Shown one piece after another: positions 43,018-50,596 of a DNA stretch of 64,000 nt. A program made the position numbers and the translations under genes. Below the pieces are notes generated by a model, which saw only the letters and a list, made by a program, of their open reading frames with translations, made no database searches and had not been told where the DNA came from. Within the stretch, counting starts at the first letter, position 1; each line of letters opens with the position of its first letter. The stretch lies in NCBI GenBank assembly GCA_963776345.1, contig CAVZMH010000001.1, forward strand, positions 173,416-237,415, in the 5' to 3' direction. The DNA is from an uncultured delta proteobacterium. Lineage in GTDB: Bacteria > Myxococcota > Myxococcia > Myxococcales > Myxococcaceae.

Positions 43018-43151
43018 TCAGCGCATATGCGCTCGATCCCTCGCTGGACAAAGTGCCAAATCCGAATGCCTACCTTGCCTACCCTTAGAAAGCGTTCTCC
43101 GACAAAGGAGTACTCAAGGGCAAGAACTGGTCTCCTGCTCGTAGTCGACGG

Positions 43152-43604
43152 TCAGTGCTTCGTCCAGGCCCAACCCGTGATGCGCCAGCCAGTCGGCCAC
43201 TTCCGCAGGGTCACGGTAAAGATGGAGCCCGTCTCGGACGCCGGCTTCCCCTTCACCTTGAACTTGAAGTTGGCTGGTATCACCAGATAGGCGCGGTCGA
43301 CGTCGACGTCGACATGCCTGGGCTTGCCCAGCGTGACGACCGGATCGGTGATTCCATTCTTCTTGGCGTTGGCGGCGAGGTCGTCCGCCCAGTCCGAGCA
43401 CGCTGACGCGCCCTGCCAGACGTACGGGGAGAACTCGTCGATGATGGCGACCTCAGCGGCGCACGTCGCAAGCACCACCTTGGTGTCCCCCTTGTTGAAG
43501 CCGTCCATGAACTGATTCACCACCGCCACCACGTCCGTCCTGTCGGATGCGGAGGCCGATCCCGTCATCCCGATGATGGCAAGTGCGGCAAGAGTCCTGC
43601 GCAT
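43152..43604 (-). CDS. Secreted NTF2/SnoaL-like protein
   Basis: Signal peptide; FMDGFNKGD…IIDEF.PY.W.G…GWRITGWAW; GGAG RBS. Confidence 0.8.
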   Translation of the reverse strand: MRRTLAALAIIGMTGSASASDRTDVVAVVNQFMDGFNKGDTKVVLATCAAEVAIIDEFSPYVWQGASACSDWADDLAANAKKNGITDPVVTLGKPRHVDVDVDRAYLVIPANFKFKVKGKPASETGSIFTVTLRKWPTGWRITGWAWTKH

Positions 43605-44766
43605 GCTCTTCTCCCCTCGGCGTGGCTTCACGGCGCACTCTGGCACGACTGCACCTACCGGCGCCGCCGCGGACGATGGTTCACACAGGGGACTCTCCCT
43701 GGCGACCCCTCGCGCTCCCGGGTACGCTTCCTCCTTTCCCCGGACCCCGCCCCTGCAGGACCGCGCCGAACACTTCGCGAACCTCGACCTGCTCCGCGCC
43801 TGTGCGGTTCTCGCCGTCTACGTCGGGCACCTCGCGCAGCTCTTCGAGGTGGACCGGCTCGGACCGCTGTCCTTCCGGCTCCTGGCGCAAGGCGGGGTGG
43901 CCATCTTCTTCGTCCACACCAGCTACGTGCTGATGCGCGCGCTCGGCCGGCTCCCCGCGCAGGATCGCGCGCTCCGCTTCTATGTCCGGCGCGTGTTCCG
44001 CATCTATCCGCTGAGCATCCTCGTCGTCTCGGCCGTGGTGCTGCTGCGCATCCCCTCGTTCCCGACGCGCGTGTACCAGTGGCCGGGGTGGCCGGACGTC
44101 GTGGCCAACCTGATGCTGGTGCAGAACCTCACTCTGACCCCGTCGGTGCTCGACCCGCTCTGGAGCCTCCCGTACGAGGTTCAGATGTACCTGCTGCTCC
44201 CCCCGCTCTTTTTCTGGGTGACCCACCCTCGGGCGCCGGCGCCGGTCCTCATCTGGCTCCTGGCGGTGGTGCTGGCGCTCGTCCAGGAAGGGACCACCGC
44301 CGCCCGGCTCGACCTGGCGCGCTACGCGCCCTGCTTCGTCGCCGGGGTGGTGGCCTTCGCGCAGGAACGCAGGACCGGGGCGCGGCTCCATTGGCTCGGC
44401 TGGCCGGTGGTCATCGCCATGGCCTTCGCGCTCCGGCAGCTCGGGCTCGAGGTGGGGTGGCTCGGGTGCCTGCTGCTCGGGATGTCGGTGGGCCGCTTCC
44501 GCCAGGTCGACGTGGGGTGGATCCGCCGCTGCGCAGAATGGATCGCCCGCTACTCGTATGGCATCTACCTCGCCCACCTCGTCGTCTTCTGGGTCGCCTT
44601 CGTCGTGCTGGCGAGCGCCCCGCTCGCGTTCCGGGTGGCAGCCTGCGCGGCACTGTCGGTGCTGCTGCCCGTGGTGCTCTACCACGCGGTGGAGGCGCCG
44701 ATGATCGCCCGGGGGGTGGCGCTCACCGGGCAGCGGCGCGGCGTCGAGCTCACCGCATCGTCCTGA
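43573..44766 (+). CDS. Acyltransferase_3 (OafA-like) membrane acyltransferase; true start probably about 43700-43760
   Basis: LDLLRACAVLAV..H, GV.IFF..SY, FYVRRVFRIYP, WSL.YE.QMY, SYGIYLAH, Y..VE.P. Confidence 0.88.
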   Translation: MMASAARVLRMLFSPRRGFTAHSGTTAPTGAAADDGSHRGLSLATPRAPGYASSFPRTPPLQDRAEHFANLDLLRACAVLAVYVGHLAQLFEVDRLGPLSFRLLAQGGVAIFFVHTSYVLMRALGRLPAQDRALRFYVRRVFRIYPLSILVVSAVVLLRIPSFPTRVYQWPGWPDVVANLMLVQNLTLTPSVLDPLWSLPYEVQMYLLLPPLFFWVTHPRAPAPVLIWLLAVVLALVQEGTTAARLDLARYAPCFVAGVVAFAQERRTGARLHWLGWPVVIAMAFALRQLGLEVGWLGCLLLGMSVGRFRQVDVGWIRRCAEWIARYSYGIYLAHLVVFWVAFVVLASAPLAFRVAACAALSVLLPVVLYHAVEAPMIARGVALTGQRRGVELTASS

Positions 44767-44856
44767 CCCAAGCCCACCGGCACCTTTCACCCGCCGAAAC
44801 CACAGGTGCGGCCCGGGTCACGCCGACCCAGGGCGGCCCTGGAGTGGTGCGCTACG

Positions 44857-46269
44857 ATGACGCCGATGGAGCACGCGCTTCGCCCCACATGTCCGGCCTG
44901 TGGTGGGGGACTGCTCGCCCTTTCACGCTGTGCCTCGTGCGGGGTTGCGGCACGGGTGAACGGGTATGTCGTCGAGGCGGTTCTCGCCGAGCACGCGCAC
45001 GCGCGGGTCTACGCGGCCCGGTCATCTGACGGCGCCCGGGTGGCGGTCAAGGAGCTCCTCTTCGCCCTGGTCCCGAGCGTCGCGCAGGTCGATGCCTTCA
45101 CCCGCGAGGTCGCCTTTCTCCGGGGCCTCACCCACCGGCACACGCCTCGTTTCATCGACGCATTCAGCGTTGGCGACGGGGTCGAGACACGCTTCTACCT
45201 GGTCCAGGAATTCATCGAGGGCGAATCGCTCCTGGCCCGACTCCAGCGCGAACCGCTCATCGGGTCGGCCTTCGACGACGTCGCGATCCAGGTGCTGGAG
45301 ACGCTGGTCGCGCTGCACGGACGGACACCCCGCATCGTTCACCGGGACATCAAGCCCGCCAATCTCGTGTTTCGCGAGAACGGCGAGCTGGTGCTGGTGG
45401 ATTTCGGGTCGGCGCGCCACCTGGAACGTGGCGCCACCTTCGGTTCGACGCTGGTGGGGACGGTGGGGTACATGCCTCCCGAACAGCTCGGTGGCACGGT
45501 CGACGAATCGAGTGATCTGTATGCGCTCGGCGCCTCGTTGCTGCATGCGGCCACCGGGCAGAGCCCCGCGACCTTTCTGGTCGACGGCATGCACCTGACG
45601 TTTCCTCCGGTGCCCGGTCTGTCCCCGAAGCAGAACGCATTCCTGGCACGACTGACGGCACCGAGGCGGGGCGCCCGGTTCTCCACGGCATCCGAGGCCC
45701 TGGAGTGGCTGCGCTCGCCGTACCGGGTCGGACGCCGTCGCGGCGCGCTGCTGGTCGCCGCGGTGACCGCTGGCCTCGCCCTGGTCGCGTTCGGCGCCAG
45801 CCACGGGGTCCGCAGAGTCGGCACGGGTGCTCCGCCGACAGTCGTGCCCGGATCCGGAGGGCCGGCGTCGGGGGATCCCAGCCCAGCGAGCCTCCTCGCC
45901 GAGGCGCAGGCAGGCACGCGCGCGCTGTGGACCGCAGAAGCCAGCTACTTCGCCGAGCGCGACCGCTACACCGACAACCTTCCAGCCGCTGGATTCGCTC
46001 CCGACGTCTGGTGCCCCGATGGTGCCCGTACCCGTCATGGCGAGCGGGCGCTCCCCGGTGAGGCGGTGGGCTGCCATTTCCTCTTCGGCGTCATCATCGA
46101 GGGAACGCCGCCGGCGCAGCGGCTCGCCGTCTACGCACGCGGCGCGGTCGCACCGGTCCAGGGGAGGGCCTGGGTGACTTCATTCCAGGGGCCGAGGGCC
46201 GGGATCCCCGAGGAATGGACGAACGAGAAGCTTCTCTCCGTCCTCGCCTCCCGGCCTGCCGCGCCCTGA
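44857..46269 (+). CDS. Membrane Ser/Thr protein kinase with N-terminal Zn-ribbon and C-terminal pilin-like domain
   Basis: CPAC/CASC; VAVK, HRDIKPAN, DFG, GTVGYMPPEQ, SDLYALG; TM LLVAAVTAGLALVAF. Confidence 0.9.
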   Translation: MTPMEHALRPTCPACGGGLLALSRCASCGVAARVNGYVVEAVLAEHAHARVYAARSSDGARVAVKELLFALVPSVAQVDAFTREVAFLRGLTHRHTPRFIDAFSVGDGVETRFYLVQEFIEGESLLARLQREPLIGSAFDDVAIQVLETLVALHGRTPRIVHRDIKPANLVFRENGELVLVDFGSARHLERGATFGSTLVGTVGYMPPEQLGGTVDESSDLYALGASLLHAATGQSPATFLVDGMHLTFPPVPGLSPKQNAFLARLTAPRRGARFSTASEALEWLRSPYRVGRRRGALLVAAVTAGLALVAFGASHGVRRVGTGAPPTVVPGSGGPASGDPSPASLLAEAQAGTRALWTAEASYFAERDRYTDNLPAAGFAPDVWCPDGARTRHGERALPGEAVGCHFLFGVIIEGTPPAQRLAVYARGAVAPVQGRAWVTSFQGPRAGIPEEWTNEKLLSVLASRPAAP

Positions 46270-46348
46270 AGGGGTGCTCACCCCTCGGAGGATAGAGCAG
46301 TCCCGGGCCGGTCGTCAGGCAGGGGAAGTCTCGGGGCTCGGACTGCTA
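46270..46348. repeat. Dispersed repeat, copy 2
   Basis: AGGGGTGCTCACCCCTCGGAGGATAGAGCAGTCCCGGGCCGGTCGTCAGGC…AGTCTCGGGGCTCGGAC. Confidence 0.75.
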
Positions 46349-46790
46349 CTGCGCTGCTGCGCTCACCAGACGAGCTGGGGCGGGGAGGTGGCCGGGGCGA
46401 GGGGGAGCGGCCTGGAGGGGAGCCGCAGGTGCTCGAGGATGGGCCCGCCTCCTCCGGCTCCGCCAAGCCTCAAACCGTTAACCGGGGTCTGGCAAGGGCC
46501 GATCGACGCGGGAAGTAGGACGGCAATCCTGCGACTCACAATCACGGAGGACGCCGGTGCTGTGGCGGGGTGGAAGTACATCAACGACCCAAACGATCGG
46601 GCGGAGTTTCACATGTGCAGACATTTTCCGGCACGAGGAACGGGAACTCAGTCTCACTCGTCACCCCGACCGAGACGATTATGGCCACGCACTTCGCCCG
46701 CGGAGCCGCCGTGAATGCGTCCACGCCAATGAGATCCAAGGAAGAACAAAGCGGGATTTCGCTCCCGAGGCCGAGGCGTGGACGAGTAGC
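46340..46790 (+). pseudogene. Degenerate hypothetical (beta-rich) gene fragment
   Basis: LTGVWQG…LRLTITE..G.V.G and FSGTRNGNSVSL pieces in different frames. Confidence 0.3.
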
Positions 46791-46850
46791 GGGCCGCGCC
46801 GCTCGGCCGGAACGGGGTCGCGAGAGTCGGGCCGGAGGCGCTCGGCGGAG

Positions 46851-46896
46851 GTACTCACCGCTGCCGAGGGTAGAGCAGTCCCGAGCCTGGCGTCAG
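46851..46896. repeat. Dispersed repeat, copy 3 (partial)
   Basis: GTACTCAC…GAGGGTAGAGCAGTCCCGAGCCTGGCGTCAG. Confidence 0.65.
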
Positions 46897-46954
46897 CACG
46901 GCGGAGATGCTTCGCCCAGCCCGTTTCCCGCTGGACGCCGCGAGCGCGCCGGGC

Positions 46955-47809
46955 TCAGGGAAAGGGAACGCGTCCCTCGGCGGTCTCGATCGGGAGCGCG
47001 TCCCGGAGCATCAACGAGTACCGCACTCCACGGTCGATCACGGGGACGTCGAGCCTGGTATGCGACAGCTCAGGCCGGGCGAGGAACTCCGTCCGCAGCC
47101 AGCGCAGAAGCGCGGCCTGCTTCGGGGTCGAGGTGAGAACGCCATTCCCGAACTGGTCCGTCCGCGGGTCCGTCGGCTCGAGCGCCACCGCGGAGGCGCG
47201 CGGATCGGCGAGCGGCCACGGGAGCGGCTCGCGCCAGTCGGTCCCGGCCTCCTGCCGGATGAGCATGAAGCGGACGTGGCCGGCATAGGCGGGTGCCTCC
47301 GCGGCGAAGCGGATTCGCTCGGTTCGGTAGCTCTCGGCGAGGTTGGAGATCGCGGTGGGAACCGAAGCACCCTGGCAGGCACCACTGCAGAGGATCGTCA
47401 GTCCGGAGGTCTGACCGTTCCAGAACAGATACGGGCTCCCGTCGAACGCATCCCCCTGGTAGACGCCACCGAGCGTGGCCCAGGTTTCCAACCCCACGCT
47501 GGCCTGGAGCGCGGCTCTCTCCTCCGGCCCGAGTCGCCGGGCATGGACCGGCTCCCACACGCTGCCCGAGCGCGCCCACACGCATCCGTCGCGGGCGAAG
47601 AGGAGGTAATCCGAGTTCTCGTAGAGAAGGGCGGACCAGCCGACACGTCCCGCGGACGCCTGCTGGAGGATCCCGGCCGCCAGCTGCTCGTTCGCAGTAC
47701 AGTCGCTGAAGGTCGTGTTGACGGCGATGTCAGGAGGGGGTGCCTCTCCGCATCCGGTGATGACGATCGCCGCCAGCACCGGCAATCCTTTGCGAACACC
47801 CATGCTCAT
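46955..47809 (-). CDS. Hypothetical lipoprotein
   Basis: Lipobox AIVITGC; clean ORF. Confidence 0.7.
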   Translation of the reverse strand: MSMGVRKGLPVLAAIVITGCGEAPPPDIAVNTTFSDCTANEQLAAGILQQASAGRVGWSALLYENSDYLLFARDGCVWARSGSVWEPVHARRLGPEERAALQASVGLETWATLGGVYQGDAFDGSPYLFWNGQTSGLTILCSGACQGASVPTAISNLAESYRTERIRFAAEAPAYAGHVRFMLIRQEAGTDWREPLPWPLADPRASAVALEPTDPRTDQFGNGVLTSTPKQAALLRWLRTEFLARPELSHTRLDVPVIDRGVRYSLMLRDALPIETAEGRVPFP

Positions 47810-47850
47810 GAAGATCCCATGCCACAGGCTCGAGGGCCATGGCTGCGCAC

Positions 47851-48480
47851 TCAGTCATCCCTCAGCAGGTCGAGAAGGTCTGCGGGTGCGACGGTCTCGA
47901 CCCTGGGCTCCGGGATGACTTCTGTGGGAGGAGGACCCGCGCGGTCCGTCCCGCCGTGCGGCGAGAGGCAAAACGCCCGCATGTCTCCGTTTCCTCGGAG
48001 GTCCGGCGAGTATCCGGACAGAACGCACAGCTCGTCGGCCTGGCAGTCCTTTCGGCTGCGGCATTGGATAGCGCGGTCCGGAACGCAGTGCTGGAGAACG
48101 CATCCTTCGCCGGGACCGCACTCCGAGTCGCGGACACATGAGAGGCAGCGTCCTTCGACGCAAGCCCGGGCGACGGAACAGCTCGCGGAGCGCTCACAGG
48201 GTGGCCCGATGGAGTCGTCGATTCGCATCGCTTCCCACTCGCCCAAGGGCCGCGGCTGCCGCTGAACGTTCGCGGGCGGTGCGGGGGAACTGGACGCCGG
48301 ACGGATATGGTCCTCGAACAGCGGCGCCGTCGCTGGGACCGACGGGTCCACGCTCCCAGGGCGGACGGGGGCCGTCGAGGCCTGCTCCTCAGGACGAGCC
48401 CGCAGCTGACCCAGGCCGAGCCCGGTCAGCGCAGCGACCACGACGAGCAGGAGGCTCGCGCTCCTCGAAGGCAGCTCCAT
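47851..48480 (-). CDS. Membrane-anchored Cys-rich protein (three short C..D..C…C repeats)
   Basis: N-terminal TM; CERSASCSVARACVEGRC, CVRDSECGPGEGCVLQHC, CRSRKDCQADELCV. Confidence 0.7.
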   Translation of the reverse strand: MELPSRSASLLLVVVAALTGLGLGQLRARPEEQASTAPVRPGSVDPSVPATAPLFEDHIRPASSSPAPPANVQRQPRPLGEWEAMRIDDSIGPPCERSASCSVARACVEGRCLSCVRDSECGPGEGCVLQHCVPDRAIQCRSRKDCQADELCVLSGYSPDLRGNGDMRAFCLSPHGGTDRAGPPPTEVIPEPRVETVAPADLLDLLRDD

Positions 48481-48483
48481 GGC

Positions 48484-50328
48484 TCAATCACCGATGGTGA
48501 TGCAGTTGTTGACCTTCAGGGTAGGGTCGAGCGAGTCGCCGATGTTGAAGGCGTAGTCGAGCGGAGCCCGCCCATCCGGCTCGCACAGCGACCCCGCACA
48601 GGACCAGGGCTCCTCGAGCTGGTGATTGCCTGTTCCATGCATGAAGCTGGTGATGGCATCGATGAAGTACGAGTACGGGAAGCTGCGGGTCTCGCCCGCG
48701 TAGTCCTGGTGGGTGTCGTAGAGATCCCAGAGGTAACGAGTGAAGTTGAAGGGCCACCGCGGGCGAGTGTCGGCACAGGGACTCTGAGGAAGCTCCTCGT
48801 CCTGCCGCGTGTCCGAGTTGGAGCACGGAGCGGCAGCCGTCCAGCAGGAGCGCGGCCGCGTCATGCTTCGTCCGTTGACCGCGAGGTCACCGAGGAAAGT
48901 GGCGTACCCCTCGGTCATCTGCGCCATCCCGTGCTCGGGACCCTCGTAGGTCCAGACGCAATGGGGATAGCCGATCTCATTAAAGCAGTACTGCTCGTTG
49001 CCCCCGAAGTCGAAGCTCCGGTCGAACACGGCCTTGACCGTCGCAACGTGACCCATCTCGTGCATGATCCGCGCCTGAGGAGCGAATGCGGCACCCGGGT
49101 CGAGGCGGATGAGTCCCTCCGGATAAGCACACGAAGTCGGGCACACGTTCTGCTGGTCGAAGGCCTGGATGCGGACGCCGCTGAAATAGGCCTGCATCCG
49201 GGAGGACTGCTCGAGCGAATCTTCCATCCGGAAGGCAGCGTCGTAGACGTTGGCGTACGGATTCGCGTTCGCGCCGCTGCTGCCCCACTGGAAGCTCCCG
49301 AGCTGCTGGGGATTCGCGGTGGTGGTGTTCGGGTACAGCATGAAGGCTGAGGTCGAGAGCTCGATCCGGTTCAGATTCGAATCGAGGACCACGAAACGGG
49401 ACTGGTCTTGCTCCATCCACCAGTACAGCCGTGCCTGGATCGAGGTGACGTCGGTCGTGGTGTTCCAGGTGATGTAAAGCGAGCCGTCCGCGGCCGTGTT
49501 TCCCTGAGCAAGCACCGCACCGTTGGAGGTGGCCCGGATCTGGTACTTGACTCGCCGCACCGGGAGCACGGCCCTGAACTGGCTCTCCGGATAGAGTGAG
49601 CCCACACAGTCCTGCAGCACCTCGGGGTGGCAGTAGTTCCCGTTGTTGTTGAAGAAGACGAGCTTCCCTCTCACCACGCCGGTGCGCCCGGGCGTTGGCG
49701 GTGGCGGAGGTGGCTCCGGGTCCGGACCTGGACAGCCAGTCACCGGGCAGAGATTCGGAATGGGCCCCGGTGCGAGGAGGCCGGTGCTGCCAGCTCCGGA
49801 GGAGGCGGTCTGCGTGCCGCGTGCGCCCGGAGCATCCCGGTAGTACTCCTCCGCGCCGATGATGCCCGGGGTCCCCTGCGTCACCTTGAGATGCAGATCG
49901 GCGGTCGCGGTCGACTGACGGTCGCCGTCGACTGCGGCCGAGGTGAGCCGGACGAGGTAGTAGCCGTCCGGAAGGTCGCCGCCGAGATCGAATGCGTGCG
50001 TTGCTGATTGGTCGCGGCCGGCGCTCCGAAGAACGGCGGAGCGACTCCGGTGGACGATCTTGCCGGCGTCGTCCGTCGCCTCCACTGCGTGGACGAGCGA
50101 TGCGCGCTCCCAGCTGTGACGCGTGGTCGCGCGCAGCCGCAGCGTGGACTTTCCGCGCTGCTTCAGCGCGGCGACGGGCTCGAGTTCTGCACGGATCTCA
50201 GGCTCGATGCCGAGGGTCGGTCCGCGGGATTGGAGCTCGCGACCGCGACCGGTGTCTGCCGGCCCCAGACGTGGACTCACCAGCAGGGCCGCGGTGAACG
50301 CAACGAGACACGCGACGATCGTCTTCAT
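48484..50328 (-). CDS. Secreted zinc-metalloprotease-like protein
   Basis: Signal peptide; Pro-rich linker; IMHEMGH with downstream TEGYATF; YLWDLYD. Confidence 0.7.
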   Translation of the reverse strand: MKTIVACLVAFTAALLVSPRLGPADTGRGRELQSRGPTLGIEPEIRAELEPVAALKQRGKSTLRLRATTRHSWERASLVHAVEATDDAGKIVHRSRSAVLRSAGRDQSATHAFDLGGDLPDGYYLVRLTSAAVDGDRQSTATADLHLKVTQGTPGIIGAEEYYRDAPGARGTQTASSGAGSTGLLAPGPIPNLCPVTGCPGPDPEPPPPPPTPGRTGVVRGKLVFFNNNGNYCHPEVLQDCVGSLYPESQFRAVLPVRRVKYQIRATSNGAVLAQGNTAADGSLYITWNTTTDVTSIQARLYWWMEQDQSRFVVLDSNLNRIELSTSAFMLYPNTTTANPQQLGSFQWGSSGANANPYANVYDAAFRMEDSLEQSSRMQAYFSGVRIQAFDQQNVCPTSCAYPEGLIRLDPGAAFAPQARIMHEMGHVATVKAVFDRSFDFGGNEQYCFNEIGYPHCVWTYEGPEHGMAQMTEGYATFLGDLAVNGRSMTRPRSCWTAAAPCSNSDTRQDEELPQSPCADTRPRWPFNFTRYLWDLYDTHQDYAGETRSFPYSYFIDAITSFMHGTGNHQLEEPWSCAGSLCEPDGRAPLDYAFNIGDSLDPTLKVNNCITIGD

Positions 50329-50501
50329 CGCCCCCCCCGTCCGGTCTCACGACTGCCGGACGGCGGCACCGTACGAGCGGCCTCCATTCGGAGTCAACAG
50401 GGTTGCATCGTCGTCCGGCGGACTAGATGAGGCGCAGGCACAAGGTTGCCGCGACCGCTGAACCGTCCGAACTTCGAGACGGATCCGCGACCTTTCCCGG
50501 A

Positions 50502-50530
50502 TTGACCACCAAGTTGCATGAGCGTAGGAC
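50502..50530 (+). promoter_or_regulatory. Candidate sigma70-type promoter upstream of the Rhs locus
   Basis: TTGACC-17 bp-TAGGAC; sequence match only. Confidence 0.3.
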
Positions 50531-50596
50531 GCATGCCGCGAGTAAGCGGAGCGGGCGTCACTCGCGAGCGGGTCAGCACCCGCTGGGGGAACACGC

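Noticed and set aside
43040..43090. Sigma54 promoter (TGGCAC…GC, minus strand) and a short GCCTACC tandem upstream of the Ig lipoprotein
   Set aside because: GG-to-GC spacing is 11 rather than 10 nt, and the tandem is too short to support a call.
37141..46896. Integron attC sites as the identity of the dispersed repeat
   Set aside because: No RYYYAAC…GTTRRRY boxes and no integron integrase in the window.
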